A DNA stretch of 63,999 nt from Dicyema japonicum (Eukaryota > Animalia > Dicyemida): positions 529,217-593,215 of the forward strand of contig RDEW01000031.1 of assembly GCA_011109175.1 (NCBI GenBank), read 5' to 3'. This document shows, piece by piece, positions 1-12,804 of the stretch (position 1 is its first letter; every line of letters starts with the position of its first letter). The notes under the pieces are model-generated. The model was not told the DNA's origin, did no database searches, and saw nothing but the letters and a program-made list of their open reading frames with translations. The translations under genes and the position numbers were made by a program.

Positions 1-310
1 ATCGAGAAAACAATAATCTTTTACTGGAGAAAGACAATATTTTCTAACCCGTCTTTTAAAGCTGCACATAAACCAAAGTTTCAAAACTTTGAGTTGATAG
101 AGTGTCTGGCATCTTTGATAGCCCTAATGACATTCTAATTTAACTTGGTGTGACGAGGATCTTTCCCGGAACTCCATCTGCATGACAGCGGATTTAGTCC
201 TTTCCTGTCAACCATTCACCGCATCTGTATGGGTGCTCCATGCAAACGATAAGGCCTAGTAGAAAAGCAACTCCAATGCATATTGTGCTATCTTCCAGCA
301 GAGATTAATT
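1..310 (-). mobile_element. CRE-like non-LTR retrotransposon fragment (C-terminal CCHC region)
   Basis: Reverse strand reads, with frameshifts, like H-x-C-R-C-G...GLH-x-LSC...RH. Similar to the better-preserved copies at 22350-22750 and 60650-61130. Confidence 0.5.
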
Positions 311-633
311 TCATATTTTTATGAATAATAATATAAAATGGAAATTGTTGATAAAACAAATGAGAGATCGACAAATAGGAACTGCGATGCTAGTAATATC
401 AGATTAAAAATCCAAATTCTCCTTGAGACCAGTTAAGCGAATGGTTTATAGATAAGAAGGTTGAGGTGCATTGAACAAAATGTTTATAGAGCTTCATGAT
501 AGATGAAACCTCTTGTCTTACTTCAATTCGTGACAAGGGAGATATCAGAAACTAGATCTTCTTTTCAAATAAAGTGTGGGATGAATGAGATTCGAGTTCG
601 ATTCCCCTCCACCTACAGGGAAGAAGTCAATAC

Positions 634-840
634 ATGGATCATTGGGAGTTGTCTCCAATAACAATAACTTTTATCCTTCCAATTAAAGGGGTAGAACGAA
701 GTGATGTTTTCCTAATACTCCCTCTGATGACGTTTATATTAAAAGGTATATTACAAACCCTGCCTCGAGGCTTGGTTTCTTCTTCAGGACCTTTGAAGTT
801 TCTTCTTAATCCATACATATGAGTCAAGACTTTTTCCCGT
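634..840 (-). mobile_element. LINE APE endonuclease fragment
   Basis: ORF 639-827(-) ends IKVIVIGDNS, resembling the APE 'IIIGDFN' motif. Confidence 0.4.
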
Positions 841-1989
841 TACACTATGCGGGATCAAACTGTTAACTGCAATTCTTAGGGCTAACCTCCTTCAGGAGAG
901 AAAATTATTTTTACCCCATAAAAAGTTGGTATCATTATTTTGACGACATCTCATAAATATCGGGGGTTGATTATGTTTAAGACTATTCGTTAGTTTCAAT
1001 TATAGAATATTCTAGAAAACGTGATAAAATATTGTTTCTATAGCAACATTATGTTGGCAACTGATTATCAGCAATCTGAAGAAGTAAATATTAATATTAT
1101 TGAAGACAGTTTTCGTGGTGGATGAAGTGACCAACATCGTGAAGGAGGTAATATAATAGGAATATTTAGTCAATCGAAAACATCATAGGGAACAGCATTT
1201 ATCAGCAAAAATACGTGAATCAGTGGACCTCAGATATCATCGATCAGTGCTTAAATAATTTGGCTCGTCTTAACAAACCTTTCAAATATATTGGTTTCCG
1301 TATTTTAATAATATCAGTCACGTGCATAATTTCTCAGAAGAGTGGTGCCGGACTTCACACTGCGAGCTCTTGTTTTTGGGACTCTTCTACTGATGGTTTC
1401 CTATTTGAGGTAATAAAGGTTCATGCACGGTAACATGGGAGAATAAATGGACATATTGTGTCGTCAGTGTTTTTGGTCTGGGAATATAAGACTAACCCCC
1501 TAATATTCGTTCTCACTAGTTTAATTAATCATTATTATCGACTCACTTTCCCCTACCACGGTACAGGGTTTTCAAGTCTAAGTGAGAGCACTTTCACTAC
1601 ACGGTGAGAATTCATCACATCAATTCGAGAAAGTTTAACAATAAGGCGAGAATCCATCCCATCAATCCGTGAATTTTTCAAAATCCAACCAAAACAACCT
1701 CTGATGTCATCAAGGTGAAAGACGCCCANGACTCCCTTTCCCCTACCACGGTACAGGGTTTTCAAGTCTAAGTGAGAGCACTTTCACTACAAGATGATAA
1801 TCCATCCCATCAATCCGTGAATTTTTCAAAATCCAACCAAAACAACCTCTGATGTCATCAAGGTGAAAGACGCCCAGAATATGCTTGCTAATAAATTTCA
1901 GAACGAAAAATTGTCATGAAAAAAAGCACTTCAGGACAAGACAGAGTGAAAATGATAATATTAAAAATAATTGTTATAATTAATCTTAA

Positions 1990-2520
1990 AAAATAATCAC
2001 AGGAGCATCTTATAGCATGCTCAATTCTCCAGCGAGCAAGTCATACCTGTGTAGCTTTTCCACTTCTGTATGCTTGAGTGCTTCTTATGATGTGATTCTA
2101 ACTATTATAATCACAATCTCATTCTTCATTTTGTCATATACGAAAATTTCTGGCTTATTGTGTTGAACTTCAGTGTCAGTTATGATGGAAGTCACCACTC
2201 GGATTTCTACCCTCTACGTCGTAACAATCGATTGAACTGAGTTTGTTTTTAGACTTTGAGATTTCTTGACTACAAACTGAATCATTGGAATCAAAAAAAC
2301 AAGTTCCTGTCCTGAAGTAAACAATACATGCCATCCGATCTGGGCATATTATTTCCACTGGTTAACCAATCCGAAGATCCTACCAGATCAACGTTTCCAT
2401 CTTCGTTACTGTCTAACAGCAAAGAATCAAGTGGCTTTTTCCCAATAGAATCATCAGGCCTTTCTCCTGACATTATCTGATAGTCTTTATACTGGAATAA
2501 TTAATTTAAGTATCTATTTT
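1990..2520 (-). mobile_element. NeSL/R4-like LINE fragment (restriction-like endonuclease region); re-copied at about 3124-3530 across the gap
   Basis: TEVQHNKPEIFVYDKMKNEIAI followed by a KxxxY-DLLA region, homologous to ORF 34933-35349. The 2440-2500 part matches 63570-63620. Confidence 0.7.
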
Positions 2521-4439
2521 TTAGTCTAGCCTTCCTACAGTCTATATTTCTCTTAAAATATTTAAAACTACTTCAACACAATTTTAACTTTGATTAATTT
2601 AATTATCTTGTCGATAACAAAATTAACCAAATATAGATTATAATCACTTTACTAATATATAAGTTTAATCGATTTAATTGACCCTAATCACATGGTTTCA
2701 CTCTGTAGCTCAGAAATCTTGATTGTGACCCCTCAAGACGTAGCTGAGGATATGAAGATGAGTATGTTTATAATTATTGATAACCAAGTTTGGTGAGTAA
2801 GAGACAGTGGACGTGGTGAAGTTATAGGTTAATAATGTAGTGATGTTGTCCCCTTTTGTTNNNNNNNNNNNNNNNNNNNNNNNNNNNNNNNNNNNNNNNN
2901 NNNNNNNNNNNNNNNNNNNNNNNNNNNNNNNNNNNNNNNNNNNNNNNNNNNNNNNNNNNNNNNNNNNNNNNNNNNNNNNNNNNNNNNNNNNNNNNNNNNN
3001 NNNNNNNNNNNNNNNNNNNNNNNNNNNNNNNNNNNNNNNNNNNNNNNNNNNNNNNNNNNNNNNNNNNNNNNNNNNNNNNNNNNNNNNNNNNNNNNNNNNN
3101 NNNNNNNNNNNNNNNNNNNNNNNAATCGCAATCTCATTCTTCATTTTGTCATATACGAAAATTTCTGGCTTATTGTGTTGAACTTCAGTGTCAGTCATGA
3201 TGGAAGTCTCCACTCGGATTTCTACCCTCTACGTCGTAACAATCGATTGAACTGAGTGTGTTTTTAGACGTTCAGATTTCTTGACTACAAACTGAATCAT
3301 TGGAATCAAAAAACAAGTTTTTCTCCTGAAGTAAACAATACATGCCATCCGATCTGGGCCTATTATTTCCACTGGTTAACCACTCCGAAGATCCTACCAG
3401 ATCAACGTTTCCATCTCCGTAACTGTTAAACAGCAAAGAATCAAGTGGCTTTTTCCCAATAGAATCATCAGGCCTTTCTCCTGACATTATCTGATAGTCT
3501 TTATATTGGAATAATTAATTTAAGTATCTATTTTTTAGTCTAGCCTTCCTACAGTCTATATTTCTCTTAAAATATTTAAAACTACTTCAACACAATTTTA
3601 ACTTTGATTAATTTAATTATCTTGTCGATAACAAAATTAACCAAATATAGATTATAATCACTTTACTAATATATAAGTTTAATCGATTTAATTGACCCTA
3701 ATCACATGGTTTGACTCTGTAGCTCAGAAATCTTGATTGTGACCCCTCAAGACGTAGCTGAGGATATGAAGATGAGTATGTTTATAATTATTGACAACCA
3801 AGTTTGGTGAGTAAGAGACAGTGGACGTGGTAAAGTTATAGGTTAATAATGTAGTGATGTTGTCCCCTTTTGTTAGTAAAGACATCCTTAATAGTTATTC
3901 AAACTTCAATACAAGCTATCAAGGGGGATTAGGGATATTATTACTGGGCTGAATGGTTCATAAACAAATTCAATTTTCTGCTTCTAGAGACATGTATGAC
4001 CAACACCACGTTTTTTTCAACATTCCCTATATAATAGAGTAGAGATTTCATAGATTAATGTGTCTTATATTTTGTCCAAGTTTATTAGTTAAAAGCACTT
4101 CCATGTTTCTCATAAGCATATTAATACTTAGGGTCCCCCTTGTGCTGTACTCTTTGGTATCCGCTCCACTAACTTTTTTCACATAACTTTCCTCTTGCAT
4201 GTTTCCGTAGTTTATTGAGGTTGTACGCTAGTTCATTTTCCCAAACTTGGGAATAGTCCTGATCCGACCGGCCATGAAAGCCCTTAGTTCAATTTTGGTT
4301 GTAAGGTACCACGATGTCAGTACATCCATACATTGGATATGCCCAATAAGTCACAAGTGAGATTTTATCACTTCCTCATTTATCAGTCAGCATTTGCATA
4401 ACTCGTTTTTTATATTCTTTAGTTAGTCAAATTTAATTT

Positions 4440-4720
4440 ATTGAACCAAAACCACCGTCATATCCAAAATAACCAAATTTCAGGTGATCCCATCCTCCCT
4501 CAACAGTCTCTGCATCTTTTCTCAGTGTTCCGAATGCGTTCCTGCGCATTCTCCTGACATGACGAGTCTCCACCGGAAAAGTGCCTGGATGTGTAGGAAG
4601 AGCCGTCCAGGGGGAACTCCTCTAAATGGTCTTGACAAATGGTTTTTTTTGGATACACTTTGACTTGTATCTGACGCCACCATAGAAGGTGAGCCACATG
4701 ACGCACACTAATTAATTGAA
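4440..4720 (-). mobile_element. 3' end of an I/Jockey-like LINE
   Basis: Matches 52620-52760 (caggtgatccc...cagtctc...gcgttcctgcgcat) and the C-terminal ends at 34200-34300 and 51900-52250. Confidence 0.6.
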
Positions 4721-4861
4721 TCAGGAACAGACGACCAAAAACAGAAACTTTAATCCAAAAACAGAAAATTAAATATGACAATTAATATATTGTTATATAA
4801 TAAAAATTAAAATAAATTATGGAAAATTAAATCTAATACTTGTAACTATTGTCTTATAGTG

Positions 4862-6803
4862 ATGGATTTAACAGTTGAGCCTACAGATACTTTATACCCA
4901 ATATCAATGCTCATCGATGACCTAAAGGATGATAATCAACAGGTGACTCGTTTATATTAACCAAAGTCTCGTCTGAACAGTATTAATAGACTTAAGACGA
5001 TCGCTAGAGCTCTCGGTCAGGATCGGACGAGGCAAGAATTACTACCATTTTTATCGGACTTTGTAACAGAAGAGGATGACGTGTTGTGCCAATTAGCAGT
5101 CCAATTGGCCGATTTTGTGCCTCTTGTCGGCGGTCCTCAGTACGTCGAGGCTATCTTGGAACCTCTAAAGTTTATGCTCAATGTGGAAGAGTCCAAAGTG
5201 CGGGAGGAGGCCGTGAACGCCATCAAAAAAATTAGCGAGTCCGTAGATTCCTCGCAAATAGAGACCATTTTTGTCCCTCTAATCAAATCTCTGATATCAA
5301 GTTCGTGGTTTGTCTCAAAGATTTCTTCTTCTGGCTTGTTTGTATGCTTCTTTCCTCGAGTTTCTCCTAACTACCAGAGGGAATTGATAACGTAAATGTA
5401 TCATTTCACTGCAGAATGTACAAGGGACTCTTTCTTGAGGACATTCCCTTAGTTAAGAAGGCTGCAGCGTCTAATCTGGGGGAGTTCTTGTCCATTCTTC
5501 CCTCGGAGATCATTTCCAGTGACTTCTTAGCTGTTTTGGAGAAACTGAAGGACGATGAGCAGGTATTCTACTTAGTTACTTGAGGATACACTGAGACTGT
5601 TGAACCTCGAGGCTGCCCTTCACCTAACATCTCAGCAGTTTCTTCCAACACTTCTTTCTATTGTCCGTAAATCCATAAATGATGACTCGTGGAGAGTGAG
5701 ACATACTTTTATTATCCATTTACGTGAGGTTTTCCTTGTTATTAGTCCAAGCTTCAAGTCTTCCTTGGACCCTCACTCACTCAAAGTGATCTCATCCCTG
5801 CATACAAATCACTACTTCAGGACGTTGAACCGGAAATTAGAGTTGTGGCGGTCTCGATTGTCTTCGCCTTCTGTAGTGAGCTTTCCACGGATATCAAAAT
5901 GGATACTGTCTACCAGATTATGCCGACGATTGAGAAATTGGTCCATGATCCAAATGTTCACGTCAAGTCGGCTCTTGCCTCAGTGGCTATGAAGTTGTCC
6001 CTAATTCTCGGAAAGGAGGGGTTGGTGTACTAATTTATGTAGCACGATTGACCATCTTGTACCTATTTTTCTGGCCCAGCTCAGAGATGATGTCCCTGAA
6101 GTAAGACTGAACGTCATCTCCAACCTCGATTCCCTGAATACTGTTATTGGGACTCGTCTCATGTCCGAGAGTCTCGTACCGGCCATTGTTAACCTCTCTG
6201 AAGACACTAAATGGAGGGTTAGACTGGCCATTGTAGACCACATGCCTCTTTTGGCAGTACAACTTGTATATTTCATCATTAATAGTTAGGGGGAGGACTT
6301 TTTTGACAAAAAACTGAGTAATTTGTGTCTAACCTGGCTTACTGACCCCGTTTATGGAATCAGGGAGGCGGCTGTAAACAATCTTCTGTGTCTTACCAAG
6401 GAGTTTGGAGTAGACTGGTCAACAAATAACGTCATCCCGGCACTTCTAGATCTTTCCAGATCCCCCAACTATCAGTTTAGAATAACCGCTCTTTTTTCGC
6501 TATCAGTAATCCGTAATTTGTTACTTCAGTTGCTGGGATCTCTGTTCGGTCCTGAGTTAACTTCGAAGTTCTTGTTGACGCCAATTCTTGATCTATCGAA
6601 GGACAAGATTCCAAATGTTAGGATGAATACCTGCAAGGCTGTCATAACTCTCAGCAAATATATGTCTCCGAGTTGTATCAAAACGGTTATTCCACATATT
6701 CAGAATCTCGAGTCTGATTTGGACTTTGATGTTAGATTCTTTGCTATAGAGGCCCTTGAAGGTTTATTTGTTTATTATTTTAGTTTTACAAGAATATGAT
6801 TAA
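4862..6803 (+). CDS. PPP2R1A: Protein phosphatase 2A scaffold subunit A (PR65), 585 aa, 9 exons
   Basis: HEAT-repeat protein with [45 protein letters not shown]-like ...[19 protein letters not shown] and GIREAA. Introns: 4943-4966, 5392-5414, 5563-5584, 5729-5751, 6021-6042, 6266-6289, 6506-6529, 6762-6783. Spliced length is 1758 nt in one open frame. Confidence 0.95.
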
Positions 6804-6999
6804 TTATATTTGATTTACAGTTAATTTAGGACTTGCTGTTTTATTATTATTAATTTAGTTGGAATAAGGAATTTTAGTTAATTATTTATAGGGGCTATTA
6901 CCACCTGCTGGTTGTAGGACTGGTGTTATAAGGAAGTGATTGAATATGGGTGTTAGAGATCCTTAGTGAACTTGGGGAATTTTTAAACTCTGGTCATTT

Positions 7000-7520
7000 C
7001 TCAATGAAATCGGTTCCCCGGAGGATGTGGGGTTAGACATTGGGTAAACTGTCTGACACTGTGGTGTGATAGTAAGTGAAAGTCTCCCTAGAAGGAAGAA
7101 ACTCCTATGTTAGATGCGGATGCTATTTTTCAAATACGATATTATTGAAGAGAGGAGTCTCACAAGAATCAATTCTGAGCCCTCTATTGTTTGATGTTCT
7201 AATTGCCGGTTTCCCGTCTCGTGCTACTGTCTGATGTGTCAAGATCAAGCATGATCCCAGAGAGGAGACTCAATGTGTATATGGAAGAGATAAAAGACTG
7301 GTGCGGTCTCCAAGAATTAAAACTGTCAGAAGAAAAATCTAACACAATTTGGTTCTTCGGTCGAAATGGTAAAGGAAATCAGCAGTATATGGAAGAGATA
7401 AAAGATTGATGCGGTCTTCAAGGATTAAAACTGTCAGAAGAAAAATCTAACACAATGAGGTTCTTCGGTCGAAATGGTAAAGGAAATCAGCAAGGCTCCT
7501 ATACTGAATCAACATTGTGA
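7000..7520 (+). mobile_element. Degraded LINE reverse-transcriptase fragment with an internal tandem duplication
   Basis: GVSQESILSPLLFDVL at about 7155-7200 corresponds to the RT 'GVPQGSILSPLLF' motif. Confidence 0.55.
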
Positions 7521-7559
7521 GTTCTCTAAAGTATCTCGGAACAGCTCTTAAGAAATGTG

Positions 7560-8200
7560 GGAGTACATTATGTGATTTTAAACTCAGAAGGAAGAAGGCC
7601 CACCATGCGATCTTGTCAGTTAATTAAAAGCTCTCTCGCGTAGCCCTAAAAGAGTTTCGCTTGAGCCATGCTTTACAGCTATCCTCCTCGCCATCCTCGT
7701 CCACGCCATCTTGTTTCTGGCCCTCATTCGAACATCATCAAGGTCGTTTGCTGTCACTAATTTACGACCGATTGTTTCGTAATCATCTTTTAAGCAAATT
7801 GGAAGTGTATTTCTTGGTCTGCCTCGAAATCCGTGACTTCCGGCGCAGTAGAAGTATTCTTCCATTATTCTGTTACACGGCGTAGTCGGGTCAAGTCTGA
7901 GAATATGTCCAAATAGTTGCAATTTCGATAGAATAACGTCCATGCAAATTGGTGTAGATTTACATAGAGCTTTTCGTTTGAGATTTTTCTCGGCCAGAAA
8001 ATTCCAGTCAGTATGCGCAGTTGGCTTCTGTGGAAAGTGTCTAGCCTCTCTAAATCGTTTTTCGAGGTTCCCCATGTTCCGAAATTGTATATCAGTATTG
8101 GCTTGATAACCGTGTCGTATAATCTGACACGAAATTCCAGTGAAACACGTTTTTTCTAATCCAGATGTACATTTTTTGAAGTATTTGGTGGCCAACATTT
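7560..8200 (-). mobile_element. RTE-clade LINE, ORF2 C-terminus
   Basis: ORF 7620-8198: LQLFGHILRLDPTTPCNRIM...GFRGRPRNTL...ARNKMAWTRM. Confidence 0.8.
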
Positions 8201-8699
8201 TCCTTATACAAATATCCTCGGCGTCACCTAGTAGTGAGCCAAGTTTTTTATGTCCCCAGAGTTCGTCATTTCTCGACTTGGCTCGTTCAATTCGTGTGTA
8301 CTCCGTTTTTGTAAAATTTATGTGCAGATCCTATTTTGTTTATTTCAAAAATATATTAACAATAAAATATTATTTATTAACTATGGGGGAAAGCGGCTGC
8401 TGACATCACGGAGTAAGCGTTTCCGCGAACTACTGCGATACCAATTCTTTGCCTCAGCCAGACCGCTTCCCGCACGTCTTTCTTACGGTGGGCCAATTTT
8501 CCCCCGATTTCCTTTAGGAAAAAGGCTGTAATACTTTTGGCCGCACCAGAAATCCTATTTATTTAAAATAATTTCTGCNGATTTCCTTTAGGAAATAGCT
8601 GTAATACTTTTGGCCGCACCAGAGATCCTATTTATTTAAAATAATTTCGGCGTGGACTAAAATTTGGTAAAGTGGGCTTTTCTGGTCAGTACACAAAAA

Positions 8700-9010
8700 T
8701 TGAATTGTTATATGCGATCTTGTGTGTGAGGAAATTGACGTTTTATTTATTTTTTCACGTACGATCATTCCATCACTCCTTTATGGATTGGAAAAATGGT
8801 ATTACACTGCATACAAAAAGCGTTTTATCTTGATTTTTGAAAAATCGAGGAGAGCAGAGATCAAGATTGCCCTCCACAAAAAGCTCGACGAGATGCTAGA
8901 TGAAGATGAAAATTTGCAAGTAATGTCGATCAGAGATTCAGCAGAAAAAAGGATGGCAAACTTCCTAAAAAGATATGCCATCATTGACTCATGTTGCAGC
9001 ACAAAATAAA
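8700..9010 (+). mobile_element. LINE post-RT region fragment
   Basis: IFSRTIIPSLLYGLEKW resembles the 'LYKT.I.P.LLYG.E.W' motif. Confidence 0.45.
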
Positions 9011-9399
9011 TAAGAAGGGTCTGAGAGCGCAGAGAAGAGCCCAAGCGTTTGCAGGACTTGCGATGAGAAGCCAACTAGTAACCTCTTTGATTTCCTTGTT
9101 AATAATAGTTGTTAATGTAAAAATGTTAATGACTTTACTAAGGAAAAATAATGATTAATCCATTCCAGAACTATTTGGATGTTAATCAAGAATTATGTAG
9201 AAGGATGAGGAGACATTATTACTAAACAATAACCCCCAAATAATGATTAATTGGGATGAGGAAAGTATAATTGTACATGTAACTCCATCCAACACTAGGC
9301 ATTAATGAGATATACTTTTTACCTGAGGTTCCCCTTGCTATTTGATGGCCACGTGGAGTTGTTTAAAACAACATCAACGAAAATAAAATAAATTTGGCA

Positions 9400-9990
9400 A
9401 AGTAGTCACGATGAATGGATGACATCTAAATGAAAAAAAAAACAATTCCATAGTATTAGTTCTTACGGATTCCAGTGATATTGGAGAGGGGACATTTCCA
9501 CAAGTCCATCGTTCCGTAACTTTAAGCGTCTTTTAGGTAGCTTCTATCTTCAATGCATTTGTCTAGGAAATGAATGGACCCCATAATGTGCACAAGTAAG
9601 AAATGTTCAACGTACTGCTTGTAAATAGTTTTCTGGTGATTTCTGATTTTCTATAAACTTGAAAGACTTTCAATTATGTTACCACATTTTCAATACAAGG
9701 CAAGAAGTACGTGTAAAAAGGTAACTCCAATCTTTTTAGATCTCACTTTTAATACGAATATCCGCTTTCCCAGTCTCTTGTCTGATGTAAAGTTGTGACG
9801 ACTTAGTAATGATAAACAAGGGGTTTTCAATAACCATTCGTTGATCATTCTTGAAATAGCACCCTGGATATCTCATGTTCTCTTCGACCAAGCTTTCCGA
9901 TGATCCTTATTTAAAAATTTTTCCAATCAAGAATCATCATCGACAATGAGTAGAGAGTCTTTTGGGCATCGATGGAGCATCGAACTGAGT
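9400..9990 (-). mobile_element. Heavily degraded CR1/L2-like LINE fragment
   Basis: TIYKQYVEHFL...KIEA resembles 'LYKTYVRPxLEY...KIESVQ'. Multiple stops. Confidence 0.35.
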
Positions 9991-10610
9991 AACGAGATCA
10001 GTTTATAACCGGAAAAACCGGGTCCTTTTTTCAGATTTTCATAAGTGTGCGAGTTCGAACAAGGTTGGGATAAAATTTTTATTGAGTTTTTTAATTATTT
10101 TAGGCCAAAGAATCAGTTAATATTCCCACGTTGTATTTAAGTTTAACCGAAACCAGTTCAAACTATTTTGTGTTAACTGAATTGATTTCAAATACCTAAC
10201 TACTCGATTATTCAATTGAAAAAGCCGATCTTAACATTTTCATCAAATTGGTGCAATATAAAAAATTATATATCAAAAAAGCTTCATAAATCTAAAATCT
10301 AAGTATTCTTGATTTCTCAAATAAAAATCTTTGCCGGAAATTTATTCATATCTTCGAAATTGTTGCTGAAGCTCACCCTCAGTTGAAAGGGCGATATCTC
10401 TTGACGAAAATTCTTACTAAAGATCGAAACTTTAAACCTGATATGTTCAGGGATGTTTAATTTCGTATTAAAATAAATAATTTCGTTTATTTTTTCATAA
10501 TTAAATTTTTTGCAATTTTAAAAAATAAAAACTGCAATTTTCCGAGTACCCTAGTCATTATGATATTGTCAGGGTGATCGTTTTTATGAGATTATTATTA
10601 TCATTAATAA

Positions 10611-10975
10611 GGCGAGAAAGAGTTCTGATGGCCCCCAGTTCGATCTCGCTGCTGTACATTTGGGTTGAGGTTTCCACGTATCTACGGTGCTTTGGCTTGA
10701 CAGGAGACGCAGTTATTACTCGTCCACTGCGTGCTTGTGTTGGATAGAGGGAAGACCACTAGCCCAATCTGAGAGCCCTATCAAAATTCGCCGGGATCAC
10801 ATAATTTCTTGTTTTTGTCTTTAACTGTGGTCTTTGGAAATAAATTTCAATTTCAATCAGTAAACATTTCACAGTGAAACCTTCCTTGGCTCTCCCCCTC
10901 TACGATTAGTTATCATAATTGTTCTTTACTTGAATAAAGTGTGTGTCCTGTCTGAACAGAACTATAGCTAATATT
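10611..10975 (+). mobile_element. tRNA-derived SINE, family 1
   Basis: B-box-like gttcgatctcgctgctgt, then a body and tail (acgattagtta...aataaagtgtgtgtcctg) shared with 21124-21320 and 33105-33434. Confidence 0.75.
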
Positions 10976-11330
10976 ATTAACCCCAAGTTACAATCTTTGG
11001 TAAGCCCAGCACAAACAGTCATAACTAATTAATACAAGGATACCTAAGGAAAACATCTGCTTGTGCCGACCAAATCCATCTAACAATAGTACATTACAGG
11101 CTTCCGCTTCATAAGAGAGGTGAGGTAGGTTCCCCTTTTTCCATTTTCATCACACGTCTTACCGTCGCGGACATCACATCATTCTTTGGCAGAATAGTTT
11201 TCATAATGTAATCTTCATCAGAGTATTTGGTCAGGGAGAAGGTAAGAAAATGCCTTTCAACTACTGAGTCGTGCCAAAAAGACTCGTCAACTCACAGGTG
11301 GGAGCTGTTTGACGATAATTCACTACCTAT
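10976..11330 (-). mobile_element. SINE family 2, 5'-truncated copy
   Basis: Colinear with 19096-19440. Ends in GGGGTTAATAAT on the minus strand. Confidence 0.7.
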
Positions 11331-11332
11331 TA

Positions 11333-12500
11333 TTATTATAACCCCGGGAACACAGGAAAGAGGAAAAAAGTTATCGTCTAATTAAGTGATCCCGATGTCA
11401 GTGCGTCCTCCTTTGTTTCGACTGTGTATGCAATCTTTTATGATCGTACAAAGGGGGAAGGTTTGATCTCAAATTTGGGAGCATACTTCTGGTAGGTAAG
11501 AAATTTATCTTCAAGGCGGCTACCGGAAGATCGCACCATTTTCAAGAGTTTTTGTTGTTCGTCACCGAGATGTTCCATATCTTTTTTGAGATCTAATGTG
11601 TTCTTCATTTCTGACGTAGGCATAATTGTGTCACATTTAAGAAGGATCCGGAGGCATTGATTTTGTATGACCTCTAATTTATTTTTTGTGGATATTGACT
11701 AGGGTGTACGCCGTACATGCATGTTCCATTGTCGGTAGAATATACTGTTTGTATAATAATTTGAAATGAAAAAGTAGATATTGGAGATCTAGCAAAGGTC
11801 TTGAGGGTACCCATCTTTTTTTTGAACTCTTGAAATTATTGTGTCCACATGATGTGTGAACGTCATCAACGGGTCATATGTAACTCCAAGGATTGATGGG
11901 TTCTTATTAACTGGGATAAGCTCTCCATTCCAAGTTAATTTAGGATCGAAGGATGTATGTTTCCTGTAGGAGGAGATAATCGCAGTGCTCGACTTCCCAG
12001 GGGATATTTTCATGTGATTTTTTGAGGAACCATAAGTTCATAATGTCGAGGGTCTCCTGAACCCTTCGCGCAGCTTCTTTATGGTCTTGGTGTCTTGCTG
12101 CGACAATGAGATCGTCGGCATAAGACAGAAAAATGGTATTTTGGATGTTTAGATTTGGAAGGTCTCTTGTAAATGAATTGAACAAGGTTGGTGATAAAAA
12201 GGATCCTTGAGGGACCCCGTTGGGGAGGTATCTTTGTCTTGATTTTTTATTATTCATGACAACTTGGCCTCTTCTACCACTAATGAAATTGGCCAGCCAC
12301 ATTTGGATTTTCGGATGGACATCGGTGTAAAAAATTTTTGTTGTTAGAGTCTTCCTCGGTACCGAATCAAACGCATTCTCAATATCCAGAGCGACAAGTA
12401 CCGTTCTTTTATGTGGTTTTGAGTAGTTCAGTCCATCCGAGATGAGATAGTTTTGTTAGATGTATTGAAGTTGAGTATCCCATTCTGAAACCATGTAGGA
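11333..12500 (-). mobile_element. I/Jockey-like LINE, RT domain to 3' end
   Basis: ORF 11940-12302: PNGVPQGSFLSPTLFN...SYADDLIV. Also ILGVTYDPLMTF. 3' end is GGGGTTATAATAAT. Near-identical copy at 38195-38930. Confidence 0.85.
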
Positions 12501-12804
12501 AACTTGCAAGATCAAGCGAATAAGTAATCTTGTGGAATTCACCACCTAAACCAAAAAATGAGTTTATGTGGTTTTAAGTAGTTCAGTCCATCCGAGATGA
12601 GTTAGTTTTGTTAGATGTATTGAAGTTGAGTATCCCGATCTGAAACCATGTAGGAAACTTGCAAGATCAAGCGAATAAGTAATCTTGTGGAATTCACCAC
12701 CTTAACCAAAAAATAAGATTGTTTCTTAAATTTAACATGAATAATAAAAATAATAAATTATTGAATTAAAACAAAAATTTAAAGAAATTTAAAAATAGAG
12801 ATTG

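Noticed and set aside
595-625. B-box-like gagttcgattcccc as a tRNA or a third SINE head
   Set aside because: No convincing A box, cloverleaf or second copy.
1590-1650. HHINSRKFNN as an HNH endonuclease
   Set aside because: Short frame bounded by stops, absent from the adjacent duplicate, and no other support.
4862-6803. Microsporidian origin of the window
   Set aside because: Intron-rich genes, a DDRGK1 orthologue (UFMylation is generally absent from fungi and microsporidia) and a metazoan-like U6 argue against it.
8440-8475. Minus-strand GGGAAGCGGTCTG as RNase P CR-I
   Set aside because: No matching CR-V/P4 partner (AANTCAGACY-like) downstream.
10979-10984. GGGGTT as telomeric repeat or de novo telomere addition
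   Set aside because: Always a single unit at retroelement 3' ends, never tandem.
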